From contig CAZBVU010000003.1 in assembly GCA_964495355.1 (NCBI GenBank), forward strand, positions 8,775 to 72,774: a DNA stretch of 64,000 nucleotides, in the 5' to 3' direction. Shown in pieces: positions 8,651 to 20,414 of the stretch (the first letter of the stretch is position 1; each line of letters opens with the position of its first letter). This stretch comes from an uncultured Oscillospiraceae bacterium. Lineage in GTDB: Bacteria; Bacillota; Clostridia; Oscillospirales; Oscillospiraceae. Both the position numbers and the translations under genes were made by a program. The notes below the pieces were generated by a model. The model did no database searches, was not told the origin of the DNA, and worked only from the letters and a program-made list of their open reading frames with translations.

Positions 8651-9886
8651 ATGATACTGGATTGCACAAAGTACACCGGCCCATGCGAATGTGGGCGTGA
8701 CCATGAGCTTCGCACCAAGCTTGTCGTATGCGAATACGGCGCGCTGAAAAACTTTGATAAGTACATGGCCGACTGTGGTCTCACCGGCTTCCGCACGGTG
8801 ATTTACGACACCAACACCTACAGTCTCCCCTCCATGACGCACATCGCCGCGGATCAGGAGCTTATACTTGAGGCACAGGGTCTGCACAGCGAAAAGGGCA
8901 TGATCGAGGACATGATGACCAAGCTTGAGCGCAAGCCCGACTACATCGTAACTGTCGGTGGAGGCACGCTGATGGACTTCGCCCGCTACAGCGCATACAA
9001 GCTCGGCATCCCCTTTGTTGCTGTTCCCACCATCGTCTCCTCTGACGGTTTCACGGCCGATATATGCTCCATCATCATTGACGGACAGAAGAAGTCCATC
9101 CCCATGCAGGCGGCTGACGCTGTTATCTGCGATATGGACATCGTATCCGGCGCACCTATGTTCCTGACCATCGCAGGCGTGCAGGACATCATGGCGAAGT
9201 ACGTTTCCATCGCCGACTGGAAGATCGCGCACCTTGTTTCCGGTGAATACTTCTGCGAGAAGGTGTGCGCAATGGCACAGGAGGCGCTGGACATTATGGT
9301 TCGCTGCGCACATGAGCTTGCCGAGGGCAAGGCGCCCGACTACGAGGCGATGGCATACACGCAAATGCTCTCCGGCCTGACCATGCAGATTCTCTCCAAC
9401 AGCCGCGCGGCCTCCGGTGCTGAGCATCTGGTTGCCCACCTTGTTGAAATGAAGCCCAAGGGATTTGAGCACGCCCACGGTATGCACGGTGAGTGCGTTG
9501 GTGTCGGCACGATAATGTGCGCGCGCGCATATCACGAGTATGCAAAGCGTGACAGCATCGAAGTGAAGCCGTATGAGCCGCTGGATGAGGCTTGGGTGCG
9601 TGACGAGTTCGGCGCACTGGCCGACGGTATATTCAAAGAGAACGAAAATGACGTTCTCAAGGGCTTTGCCCCCGAGAAGATCAAAGAGCATTGGCAGGAG
9701 ATCCGCGACATTATCGCGACCATCCCCACCGCCGAGGAGCTGATCGACCTCTACACCACCATCGGCGCAAAGCACTCCCTTGCAGAGCTTGAAATTGACG
9801 AGAGCGTGCGTGATGACTTCCTTGACATCTCCTCTGCTATCCGCAACCGTCTCACCTTTGCAAGAATGACACGTCTTATCAAGTAA
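8651..9886 (+). CDS. sn-glycerol-1-phosphate dehydrogenase-like protein (AraM/EgsA-type, iron-containing alcohol dehydrogenase superfamily)
   Basis: N-terminal CECGRDH element as I recall for AraM-type enzymes. Glycine-rich NAD site VTVGGGTLMDFARYSAYKLGIPFVAVPTIVSSDGF. Metal-ligand His residues (SGAEHLVAHLVE...HGMHGECVG). 411 aa. Confidence 0.65.
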   Translation: MILDCTKYTGPCECGRDHELRTKLVVCEYGALKNFDKYMADCGLTGFRTVIYDTNTYSLPSMTHIAADQELILEAQGLHSEKGMIEDMMTKLERKPDYIVTVGGGTLMDFARYSAYKLGIPFVAVPTIVSSDGFTADICSIIIDGQKKSIPMQAADAVICDMDIVSGAPMFLTIAGVQDIMAKYVSIADWKIAHLVSGEYFCEKVCAMAQEALDIMVRCAHELAEGKAPDYEAMAYTQMLSGLTMQILSNSRAASGAEHLVAHLVEMKPKGFEHAHGMHGECVGVGTIMCARAYHEYAKRDSIEVKPYEPLDEAWVRDEFGALADGIFKENENDVLKGFAPEKIKEHWQEIRDIIATIPTAEELIDLYTTIGAKHSLAELEIDESVRDDFLDISSAIRNRLTFARMTRLIK

Positions 9887-9982
9887 AAACAATCCACAAG
9901 CCACGGGCGGGGCGCGGGCTGCTCCGTCCGTGGCTTTACACATAATTGTTAAGCTTCTAGTGTTAAGGGGATAGATACATAG

Positions 9983-11479
<1,497 letters not shown>

Positions 11480-11493
11480 AGGAAATAATAAAT

Positions 11494-12312
11494 ATGGATT
11501 ACAACAAACTAAAAAATTGCGAGCTGTTCCTTTTCGACATGGACGGCACACTTTACCTCGGTGACAACGTATATGCCGGTGCAATAGAGCTTATGAATGA
11601 CCTGCCCGCTCTCGGCAAAAAATACATATATCTCACCAACAACTCCTCCCGCGCCGGTGCAGACTATATCACGCGCCTGCGCCGCCTTGGTTTCCCGTGT
11701 GAGAGTGAGAACGTGTTCACCTCCGGCATGGCTACCGGAATGTACCTGCGCCAGCGCTACCCCGGCGCGCGCGTATATCTTGCCGGCACAAAGGCGTTCC
11801 ATCGCGAGCTTGTGAGCTATGGCATTGACCTTGTAAACGACGACCTCGGCCACACTGAGGCGGACGAGGTTGACGTTGTGGTGCAGGGCTTCGACACGGA
11901 GCTGCACTATGAAAAGCTTGAGCGTGCGTGCCACTTCCTGCGCCGCGGCGCGGCATTCATCGCGGCAAACCCCGACTGGGTATGCCCAATGCCCGCAGAC
12001 GAGGTTCTGCCCGACTGCGGCAGTATCTGCGCACTGCTGACCGCATCCAGCGGCAAAGAGCCGACCTACATCGGCAAGCCCAACCGCAACATGGTGGATG
12101 TCATATCCGAAATGACAGGCATCCCCAACGAGAAGATCTGCGCCGTCGGTGACAGACTGTACACTGACATTGCGGTTGCGCAGAACGCCGGTGCTGTTTC
12201 CGTGCTGGTTCTCTCCGGCGAGACTACACGCGAGATGGTTGACGCGGCTGAGCGCCAGCCTGACTACATTCTCGCTGATGTCCATGAGCTGCACAATGTT
12301 CTGAGAGGATAA
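11494..12312 (+). CDS. HAD-IIA family phosphatase (NagD/AraL-like)
   Basis: DMDGTLYLG nucleophile motif, LTNNSS motif II, GKP...GDRLYTDI motifs III/IV. 272 aa. Confidence 0.8.
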   Translation: MDYNKLKNCELFLFDMDGTLYLGDNVYAGAIELMNDLPALGKKYIYLTNNSSRAGADYITRLRRLGFPCESENVFTSGMATGMYLRQRYPGARVYLAGTKAFHRELVSYGIDLVNDDLGHTEADEVDVVVQGFDTELHYEKLERACHFLRRGAAFIAANPDWVCPMPADEVLPDCGSICALLTASSGKEPTYIGKPNRNMVDVISEMTGIPNEKICAVGDRLYTDIAVAQNAGAVSVLVLSGETTREMVDAAERQPDYILADVHELHNVLRG

Positions 12313-12349
12313 TTGCATCAGGGAGAACACTCCCAAAGGATCTTATTCT

Positions 12350-14137
12350 ATGAAAATCACCTATTTGCTGCCTATAACCCTGTTCGCGCTTATATTCGTG
12401 TTCTTTCTCGGTCTGCCCGACCTTAGGCGGTGCACACTGCCGGGGCAGTACGAGAAATGCACGCGCAAGCTTGACCGCATTGACGCGCTGATAATGGTTG
12501 TGATATCGCTTATCTATGCCGCCGTTTCCTACACAGGTCTCGGCAACACCGAATCGCCCGAAAGCTTTATCCGGCTGGACGGTGAAAGCGCCGTTATCGA
12601 GTTTGACGATGCCGTATACCCCAGTGAGATCACCATGTTTTTGGGTGTCGGCGACGGAAACTACACTATCGACTTTTCAACCGACGGCATGGAGTGGGAA
12701 TGTATCGCAGATTTCGACGTGGACTATGTGAATGTTCTGAAATGGAATTCGCTTACCCCCACGACTGATATCGTGCCGCGCTATGTGCGCATCACCGGCA
12801 CAGGTGCGTCGTACATTGCCGAAATTGCATTCTATGATGGCGTTGGTCTGCTTATTCCCGCGCACGGTCAGGGTTTGGGCGCAATGCTCACGGATGAACA
12901 GGACATAGCATATAGCCGCCAGACCTTCCTCAACTCTGCATATTTTGATGAGATATATCACGCGCGCACTGCGTGGGAGCATCTCAACAATGTATCACCG
13001 TATGAGATATCACATCCGCCGCTCGGCAAGCTGATTATCAGCATAGGCATTGCCCTTTTCGGTATGACGCCGTTCGGATGGCGCTTCATGGGTGTGCTGT
13101 TCGGTGTGTTGATGCTGCCGATAATGTATGTGATGGTTAAGAAGATGTTCGGCGGGCGCACAGTGCCTACGCTGTGCATGGGCGTGTTTGCGGTGGATTT
13201 CATGCACTTTGTGCAGACGCGCATCGCGACCATAGATACCTACGGCGTGATATTCATCATGCTGATGTATCTATTCATGTTTCTCTTTGTCTCAGAGCAG
13301 GCAGAGGCGCGGATATCCCGCCGTGCGCTGGTATTTCTGGCGCTGTCCGGCGTGTTCTTCGGCATGGGCGCGGCATCAAAGTGGACGGCGATATACGCCG
13401 GTGCGGGTCTCGCGGTCATCTGGGGCGCATACTGGGTGATAAACCACAAGCTGGGCTTCAAAGCCTTTTTGAAAAATGCACTCTTCTGCGTTGGGTTTTT
13501 CATCATCGTCCCCGCGCTGATATATTATCTCAGCTACACGCCCTACGGAACTGCCGCCGGTATGCGCGGCCTTGGGATGTATTTCAGCCGCGATTACGCC
13601 GATATCGTGATAAACAACCAGAAATTCATGTTCGGCTACCACTCCGGCCTTGTTGCGGAGCATCCGTATTCCTCCGTTTGGTATCAGTGGGTACTGGATG
13701 TGCGCCCCATACTCTACTATCTCGACTACTTCGATGATGGGACGCGTTCCAGCTTCGGTGCATTTGTCAATCCTGCGCTGTGCTGGGGCGGGCTGTTGAG
13801 TCTGTTTGTTCTGATATACACGGCGCTCTTCCGCGCTGACAAAACCGCCGGTTTCATCCTTGTCGGGTATCTGGCACAGCTTTTGCCGTGGGTGTTCGTC
13901 AAGCGGCTCACCTTTGAATATCACTACTTCCCCTGCACTGTTTTTCTCGTGCTCTCGCTTGGATATACGTTCAAGCTGATCCGGCAGGGCAACAGGCATT
14001 GGCGCTGGTATCTCGGCGGTTTTGCGGCCGTGTCGGCGGGGCTGTTCGTGCTGTTTTATCCCGCGCTTTCCGGTCTGGTCGTGAATAACGCCGCAGCGAC
14101 AAAACTGCTGGGCTGGCTTCCCACATGGCCGTTCTAA
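12350..14137 (+). CDS. PMT-family (GT39-like) lipid-carrier-dependent glycosyltransferase with a discoidin-like insertion in the first outside loop
   Basis: Loop motif DEIYHARTAWEHL...YEISHPPLGK followed by more than 9 TM helices. Residues ~70-175 (PRYVRITGTGASYIAEIAFYDG) look like an F5/8-type-C beta-sandwich. Confidence 0.7.
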   Translation: MKITYLLPITLFALIFVFFLGLPDLRRCTLPGQYEKCTRKLDRIDALIMVVISLIYAAVSYTGLGNTESPESFIRLDGESAVIEFDDAVYPSEITMFLGVGDGNYTIDFSTDGMEWECIADFDVDYVNVLKWNSLTPTTDIVPRYVRITGTGASYIAEIAFYDGVGLLIPAHGQGLGAMLTDEQDIAYSRQTFLNSAYFDEIYHARTAWEHLNNVSPYEISHPPLGKLIISIGIALFGMTPFGWRFMGVLFGVLMLPIMYVMVKKMFGGRTVPTLCMGVFAVDFMHFVQTRIATIDTYGVIFIMLMYLFMFLFVSEQAEARISRRALVFLALSGVFFGMGAASKWTAIYAGAGLAVIWGAYWVINHKLGFKAFLKNALFCVGFFIIVPALIYYLSYTPYGTAAGMRGLGMYFSRDYADIVINNQKFMFGYHSGLVAEHPYSSVWYQWVLDVRPILYYLDYFDDGTRSSFGAFVNPALCWGGLLSLFVLIYTALFRADKTAGFILVGYLAQLLPWVFVKRLTFEYHYFPCTVFLVLSLGYTFKLIRQGNRHWRWYLGGFAAVSAGLFVLFYPALSGLVVNNAAATKLLGWLPTWPF

Positions 14138-14148
14138 TGTAGTTTAAT

Positions 14149-14180
14149 CGGGCTGAGACGCTCTGTCTCAGCCCGATTTT
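14149..14180 (+). terminator. rho-independent terminator of the GT39 gene
   Basis: TCGGGCTGAGAC-GCTC-TGTCTCAGCCCGA followed by TTTTTA. Confidence 0.8.
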
Positions 14181-14280
14181 TATCTAAACAGCTTGACAAA
14201 CCACGGCAAAATACTTATAATCTGATTATCAGTTGTAACATTGGTTATGTAACACGCTTAAAGTATGGAGGATATGAGAT

Positions 14281-14892
14281 ATGCCGCCCAAACCGAAATA
14301 TACAAAGGACGAGATAGTAAACGCCGCGTATGAACTGTGCCGTGCGCGTGGGTCTGACGCGATAACCGCGCGAGAGGTGGGAAAGCAGCTTGGTGTGTCC
14401 AGCTCACCGATATTCACGGTGTTCCATGATATGGACGAGCTTAAAGCCGCTGTTATTGCGCAGGCAAAGGGCACATTTGATGAATATATGGCCGTTGCGG
14501 AGAGCTACAGCCCCGCTTTCAAAAAGCGCGGGATGCAGTGGGTAAAGTTTGCGCAGGATGAGCCGATGCTTTTCCGCCTGCTGTTCATGTGCGACAACGG
14601 TTCAGACGCGGACTTTGACGCGGCACTCAGCACTATCCCCTTCGGCCGCGAGAATGACGTAAGCATAATCATGCGCGACTATAACGCCACGCCTGAACAG
14701 GCCGCGCATCTTTTCCGCCAGATTTGGATATACACCTACGGTATGTGCACGATGTGCGCGGCAAAGGTGTGCCGCTTCACCGATGAGGAGATTTCCGACA
14801 GGCTGAGCGAGATATTCACAGGGCTTGTGCTGGTTATGCGCTCTGAGGGGGACAAAACCGCGTTCATGCCCCCCTTCAACGAGGAAAAGTAA
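14281..14892 (+). CDS. TetR/AcrR family transcriptional regulator
   Basis: HTH EIVNAAYELCRARGSDAITAREVGKQLGVSSSPIFTVFHDMDELK. Preceded by TTGACA-17-TATAAT (14193-14221). Confidence 0.8.
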   Translation: MPPKPKYTKDEIVNAAYELCRARGSDAITAREVGKQLGVSSSPIFTVFHDMDELKAAVIAQAKGTFDEYMAVAESYSPAFKKRGMQWVKFAQDEPMLFRLLFMCDNGSDADFDAALSTIPFGRENDVSIIMRDYNATPEQAAHLFRQIWIYTYGMCTMCAAKVCRFTDEEISDRLSEIFTGLVLVMRSEGDKTAFMPPFNEEK

Positions 14893-14954
14893 CAGCCACC
14901 GGTGCTTAAATAAACGCAGAACTATACCCTACATAAAGAACGGGGTGAATACAT

Positions 14955-15539
14955 TTGGCAAAAGGAATACGAAACGCACAGAACAAGCTGACAGAGGACG
15001 CCATATGCAACAGCTTTTTGGAGCTTCTGTTGGAAAAAGATATCCGCAAGATAAGCATCAAGGATATATGCGAGCGCGCAGGGATTAACAGAGGCACATT
15101 CTACCTGCATTATATAGATATTGTAGATCTCATTGACAAGCTTACCTCATGGTATATTGACAAGGCCCTGATATTTTACCGCATGGAGTTTGACAGCTTC
15201 GGTGAAGTGATTGACATTGAGACACTTGAGGCCGGTGTGCGCGGACATTTGGAGCTTCTGGCATCGTGGCCATTGTACGCGGAAACTGTGATTGGACGAG
15301 GACTGTGCCCGCAGTTTTTCGACAAACTGAACCAAGCGTGCGCTTATGAGATGCACGAGCATATCAAAAAGGCGGGCACGCGAATAAACGTGCGCAAGGC
15401 GGAGTACGACTATGCTTTCGGTTCAGCCGGAGTGACAGGTATAATGCAAAAATGGTGCAAGGACGGTTTGGTTGAATCTGTAGACACCATAACAGATTAC
15501 ATTGTGAAGCTTTTACGCAACAACAACTTCTTCTCATAA
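14955..15539 (+). CDS. TetR-family transcriptional regulator (DhaS-like C-terminal domain)
   Basis: HTH ICNSFLELLLEKDIRKISIKDICERAGINRGTFYLHYIDIVDL. TTG start as in the ORF track. Confidence 0.65.
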   Translation: MAKGIRNAQNKLTEDAICNSFLELLLEKDIRKISIKDICERAGINRGTFYLHYIDIVDLIDKLTSWYIDKALIFYRMEFDSFGEVIDIETLEAGVRGHLELLASWPLYAETVIGRGLCPQFFDKLNQACAYEMHEHIKKAGTRINVRKAEYDYAFGSAGVTGIMQKWCKDGLVESVDTITDYIVKLLRNNNFFS

Positions 15540-15711
15540 AAGGCCAATATAACAGGCGGAATCAGCTCAGATTGTCTGCGCTTTCCGCCTGTTATCAACA
15601 TTTTGCGCGAAATTGTTGAGTGGATGAACACAACTTGGCAAGCTGCGCATTGAACGCGCTTTAATGAGCTGATAGAATTGAAGTACCGATATTAACCTGA
15701 GGGGGAAAAAC

Positions 15712-16779
15712 ATGAAAAAATACAGAGTAATCATTCTCGGAACGGGCAATGTCAGTTCTTACGCAGTAAAAGCGCTCAACAAACGCGAAGACATGGAGAT
15801 AGTGGGCGTGTGGACAACTGACTTTGCCAAGGACGACATTGGAAAGGATGCCGGTTTCCTGCGCTATTGTGAGGGGCAGCCCATCGGTGTGACCGTCACC
15901 GGCGATCTGGACGCATTGGTTGACCTGAATCCGGATGCAGCGGTAATGGGTCTGGGCGGACCTGACGCGGAGAAAACCGCCGTTCCCATTGCCTGCAAGC
16001 TTTTGCGAGCGGGCATCAACGTTGTCGGCACCACGCTTCTGCGCTATCTCTGGCCGGAGACGTGCATATTCAAAGAGGATGTTGCCGAGATAGAAGCTGC
16101 CTGCCAAGCAGGAAACGCAACATTTTATGTATCCGGCAATCACCCGGGCTTTGCCTGTGACTTCCTGCCGACTGCAATGCTGACCTCCGCAAACAAGATT
16201 GAAAGCATAAATGCAGTGGAGATAATGAATTACAGCATCGCCCCGAACGAATTTGAAATGAAAGAGGGCCGCGGCTTCGGTATGCCTGTCGAATTCAAGG
16301 CGCTCAGTGAAAATTCGGAGTTTATAAAGATGACATGGGGGCCTTGCGTGGATTATATTGCGAACGCACTCGGCTACAAATGCGAGGGTTACACCACAAG
16401 CTATGAAAAGGCCGTGACAGACCACGATGTTCCTGTTGCATACGGCACTATCCCCGCCGGAACTGTTGCGGCGGTACGCCTTACCGTGACCGGCATTATA
16501 AACGGCAAGCCCGCTATCACAGTCGGCGCTGTTAACCGCATGAGTGAGGACTGCGCCCCCGATTGGCAGCATGGCTCACAGCCCGGTGTATACTACATCA
16601 CTGTCAAAGGCGAACCCAGCATGAATCTGGAATACTCTTATGATATGTCAGTGGCATATGGATACAGCATTGTCGCCTGCCGTGCGATTAACGCTATACC
16701 CGCTGTGTGTGCAGCCAGGTCCGGTATGGTCTCCTCGCACGAGCTTCCCTTTACTCTTCCCACACACGCATTTGATTGA
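15712..16779 (+). CDS. NAD(P)-binding oxidoreductase of the DapB-like / amine-dehydrogenase (2,4-diaminopentanoate dehydrogenase-like) family
   Basis: N-terminal Rossmann motif MKKYRVIILGTGNVSSYAVKAL...EIVGVW. 355 aa. Assignment is by overall resemblance only. Confidence 0.45.
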   Translation: MKKYRVIILGTGNVSSYAVKALNKREDMEIVGVWTTDFAKDDIGKDAGFLRYCEGQPIGVTVTGDLDALVDLNPDAAVMGLGGPDAEKTAVPIACKLLRAGINVVGTTLLRYLWPETCIFKEDVAEIEAACQAGNATFYVSGNHPGFACDFLPTAMLTSANKIESINAVEIMNYSIAPNEFEMKEGRGFGMPVEFKALSENSEFIKMTWGPCVDYIANALGYKCEGYTTSYEKAVTDHDVPVAYGTIPAGTVAAVRLTVTGIINGKPAITVGAVNRMSEDCAPDWQHGSQPGVYYITVKGEPSMNLEYSYDMSVAYGYSIVACRAINAIPAVCAARSGMVSSHELPFTLPTHAFD

Positions 16780-16893
16780 AGGCCATTATATTAATGAACA
16801 TCCACCTGCCATTGCGGGTGGATGTTTTTGTGCAGTATGTTATCTTGACAAAAGCCGGCGTCCTACTTATAATTTCGTAGGAAGCTACGAAAT

Positions 16894-17337
16894 TTGGAGG
16901 CTGTAATGAACATAAGCAGAATCTCGGTTCTGATAAAAAAAGCATCGCTTGAATTTGATAAAATGTCCAACCCCATTTTGGCGCAATATGATCTGACAGC
17001 ATCCCAGTGCAGGGTGCTTAAATTTTTATATTCGCAGCAATCATGCGGTTCGCGGGTGGTGGATATTGAAAAAGAGTGTGCAATAACGCATCCGACAGTT
17101 CTGGGGCTGATAGACAGTCTTGAAAAAAAGGGGTTCGTCCTAAAGGTCGTAAATCCGGAGGATGCACGAAGCAAGCTGATTTCCCTTACCGGCAAGGCCA
17201 AGAAAATGCAAGCGGAGTTGGAAGCAGTCGTTGTAGAAATTGATGAGCTGATGACAGAAAGCCTCTCCGATGACGAAAAAGAACAGCTTATTAAGCTTCT
17301 GCAAAAGCTGTTGAGCAAAAAAGTGAGGTTAAAATAG
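16894..17337 (+). CDS. MarR family transcriptional regulator
   Basis: 147 aa winged-helix protein (LTASQCRVLKFLY...ITHPTVLGLIDSLEKKGFV...NPEDARSKLISLT). The stop abuts the MATE gene start (TAGATG). Confidence 0.85.
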   Translation: MEAVMNISRISVLIKKASLEFDKMSNPILAQYDLTASQCRVLKFLYSQQSCGSRVVDIEKECAITHPTVLGLIDSLEKKGFVLKVVNPEDARSKLISLTGKAKKMQAELEAVVVEIDELMTESLSDDEKEQLIKLLQKLLSKKVRLK

Positions 17338-18738
17338 ATGGTTAAAGAAAAGATAACTGAAAATCCGCTGGGAACACAGCCGCTGGGCAAGCTTTTATTC
17401 TCATTGGCGATTCCCGCGATCATAGCCAATGTTTTCAACGCACTTTACAACATTGTCGATCAGATATTCATCGGGCAGGGTGTCGGCTTGTTGGGAAATG
17501 CGGCGACCTCTGTCTCTTTCCCGCTGACAACTATTTGTATGTCGATCGGGCTGATGACCGGTCTCGGTTCTGCCGCCGGCTTTAATCTGGAGCTGGGTTA
17601 TAAAAACGAAGAAAAAGCAAGGAGAATAGCCGGAACCGCCGCAGGTGTGCTGGTAATTTGCGGCGTGATAATATGCATTGTTGTGCGAATGTTTTTAAAA
17701 CCGATGCTGGTGGCCTTTGGTGCAACGGAAAATATTCTGCCGCTTGCAATGGAGTATACCGGTATTACGTCCCTCGGCATACCCTTTCTGTTGTTTTCAA
17801 CCGGTACTAACCCTCTGGTCAGGGCAGATAGAAGCCCCAAATATTCAATGGCCGCGATCATTACCGGCGCGGTGCTCAACACGATTCTTGACCCTATCTT
17901 CATTTTTGTGTTTGGTTGGGGCATTGCCGGTGCTGCTTGGGCAACAGTTATCAGCCAGGCCATATCTGCACTCATACTTGTGGCGTACTTTTTCCGCTTC
18001 AAATCCGTGCATTTCACACTTTCGGATTTCATTCCACGTGTCAGCATCATCTTTGACATCTGCAAGCTGGGCTTCAGTTCGTTTATTTTCCAGTTCTCCA
18101 ACCTGCTTGTGCAGGTTACAGTTAACAACGTGCTGAAAATCTACGGTGAGCAGTCGATTTACGGTGCGGATAACGCAATTGCTGCCTCCGGCATTGTAAT
18201 CAAGATAAACGTAATTTTCGTGGCGCTTATCATCGGCCTTATCAACGGTGCACAGCCGATTTGCAGCTATAACTATGGCGCGAAAAAATACGGCCGCGTT
18301 CGCCAGACCGTACGGCTTTTTGTGACAACCGCTGTCATCATATCGGCGGTAATGTGGGCGTGCTTCCAGTTGTTCCCCAGACCGATCATCTCGATCTTCG
18401 GAAGCGGTGAAGAAGATGCACTCTACTACGAATATGCGATACGCTATATGAGGACATTTTTGTTTTTTGTATTTCTGAACGGCGTGCAAATATGTTCTTC
18501 AACCTTCTTCCCTGCAATCGGCAAAGCAGGCAAGGGTGCAATTCTGTCATTTTCCAAGCAAATTGTGTTTTTAATTCCGCTTTTGCTGATATTGCCAAAG
18601 TTTCTCGGCTTGGACGGCGTAATGTACGCCCAGCCCCTCACCGACTTGCTATCGTTTATTATTGCAGCCTCTTTTCTTATAGATGAGATGCGAAAAATGC
18701 CAAAGCACGACGTTGTTGAAGAAGCAACCCCCTGCTGA
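17338..18738 (+). CDS. MATE family efflux transporter
   Basis: 466 aa with about 12 TM helices. The N-terminal PAIIANVFNALYNIVDQIFIGQGVG is typical of MATE. Confidence 0.85.
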   Translation: MVKEKITENPLGTQPLGKLLFSLAIPAIIANVFNALYNIVDQIFIGQGVGLLGNAATSVSFPLTTICMSIGLMTGLGSAAGFNLELGYKNEEKARRIAGTAAGVLVICGVIICIVVRMFLKPMLVAFGATENILPLAMEYTGITSLGIPFLLFSTGTNPLVRADRSPKYSMAAIITGAVLNTILDPIFIFVFGWGIAGAAWATVISQAISALILVAYFFRFKSVHFTLSDFIPRVSIIFDICKLGFSSFIFQFSNLLVQVTVNNVLKIYGEQSIYGADNAIAASGIVIKINVIFVALIIGLINGAQPICSYNYGAKKYGRVRQTVRLFVTTAVIISAVMWACFQLFPRPIISIFGSGEEDALYYEYAIRYMRTFLFFVFLNGVQICSSTFFPAIGKAGKGAILSFSKQIVFLIPLLLILPKFLGLDGVMYAQPLTDLLSFIIAASFLIDEMRKMPKHDVVEEATPC

Positions 18739-18771
18739 TCTCTGTGCAATCATTTTTGAAAGGTCGTAATT

Positions 18772-19035
18772 ATGCAGCAGCATAAAAATAAAGTTTCTGC
18801 TTCGCTTCTACAGCGCATCATTTTATATATCGCGGGCGCTTTTTTACTGGGCTCGGTGAAAATCGTATATGACTGCTCATGCGTTGTCATCTCTCTGCTG
18901 CTTGGTATTATCGGCCTGCACCGTATAGTCGGCTTTGGTGTCGCCACGATTATTTCCGCTGTGTGTGTCGGGCGTATACTATCACTCTTGCAAAACACAA
19001 TCGGGAAACGCTTTTATTGCTCAGCGTCATCCTGA
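18772..19035 (+). pseudogene. possible internally deleted remnant of a YczE/DUF6198-like membrane protein
   Basis: 87 aa. The N-terminal stretch (SLLQRIILYIAGAFLLGS) and the C-terminal stretch (VKIVYDCSCVVISLLLGIIGLHRIVGFGVATIISAVCVGRIL) resemble the two ends of ~200-aa YczE-type proteins, and the middle is missing. Recollection-based. Confidence 0.3.
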
Positions 19036-19120
19036 ATAATAAACGAAACACAGAAAAACCTTGCCCACATTATGTCAGCAAGGTTTTTTCTATACTATTA
19101 TAATATACTCGATATACTCG

Positions 19121-20260
19121 CTATTGCGCCGCGGCTGTGTCGTAATAATAATTCACCAAAAGGTCAACACACGCGCCGTAGCTTTTCATCCCCAAGGTCT
19201 GCTCATAGCTTTGCAGGAATCCCTCATATACGGTGTTGGACACGCTCTGCACCGGCGTGTCAAATTGCCGCCAGTATGCGTTGTTCAGTGCAAAGTCACG
19301 CCGGACGTTTTCATCAAGGCTTGAATACACGCGCTCCCACGCGTCATAATCCGCGCTGTGCAGCGCGTTGCCGAGATGCGTATACGCAAGAAGCGCAGCG
19401 GAGTAGCGGTAATCGGCATCATCCGTGCGCATACTGGCAAGCACGGCGACAAAGTTCGCCTCCTGCTCCTTGGCAACGCCGCGCTGGTGGCTCAGCTCAT
19501 GCGCAACAGTGGACGCGAACAGCGCCGGTGGGAAATCGGTGTTCACATTGGCCTCAGCCGTGAACGGGAAGAGAAAGCCTGTAAAATCCATGTAGCTGAG
19601 TACACGGGACAGCTTTATCCCCTTTGCGGCCACGCGCGGCCCGTCAAGGCACGGGAATTCATCCACCGTATCGTCAAAGAGTGACACGGAGCGGCGCAGT
19701 ATTGCTTCCCTGTCGCCGCGATAAAAGCCGTTTTCATCCCGCACTACCTCACGCCCGCACTCATTCACAAGCGCGGCGAAATACTCCGTAACAGTTTCAA
19801 GCTGCTCGGTTGATATGGGCTGTGATTCCAGGCCGCTTTTGGAAATGAAGTCATCACCATAATAATATACGCCCCACAGCAGACTATACCCCGCATATAC
19901 CAGGCATACGGCGGCCACAAGCCACATCAGAAGTCTGTACGCGCATATCACGCTTGATTTTCGCCGCAGGAGGCGCACAAGGCCGTATATCAGCCGCCCC
20001 AGAATCAGCGCGACAAACGCCACAATAATCACTTCTGCCACGGAAATATCCGTGTGTGCGCACAGCCGCGCGAGAAAGGAATGAATAGGCCGCACCACGT
20101 TTTCCGACAGGTGCACCATCAGCGCATGGTTATGCCGCGTGGCAAGATGCAGCACTATCAGCACAAGCGCGACAAGCGCCGTACAGTGCGCCGCCGGACA
20201 TATGCCGAACCACGCACGCACGCCGCGGAGGTATTTATTTTTCCTCTTAACACTGTTCAT
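19121..20260 (-). CDS. DUF3810-like membrane zinc-metalloprotease-like protein
   Basis: 379 aa. N-terminal TM helices plus an HExxH-like motif (VAHELSHQRG). Confidence 0.6.
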   Translation of the reverse strand: MNSVKRKNKYLRGVRAWFGICPAAHCTALVALVLIVLHLATRHNHALMVHLSENVVRPIHSFLARLCAHTDISVAEVIIVAFVALILGRLIYGLVRLLRRKSSVICAYRLLMWLVAAVCLVYAGYSLLWGVYYYGDDFISKSGLESQPISTEQLETVTEYFAALVNECGREVVRDENGFYRGDREAILRRSVSLFDDTVDEFPCLDGPRVAAKGIKLSRVLSYMDFTGFLFPFTAEANVNTDFPPALFASTVAHELSHQRGVAKEQEANFVAVLASMRTDDADYRYSAALLAYTHLGNALHSADYDAWERVYSSLDENVRRDFALNNAYWRQFDTPVQSVSNTVYEGFLQSYEQTLGMKSYGACVDLLVNYYYDTAAAQ

Positions 20261-20414
20261 GCTTCTATGATACTACAAAGCACACGCTTATGCAAGCGCG
20301 ACCCTGTTGGCAAAACGTGCCGCGCCGCGGTAATAATACTGTCCAACTGTCAATTGACGAAACGGCGCAAATATAGTATAGTATTATGACTGAACAACGT
20401 ATGAAGGTGATTAT

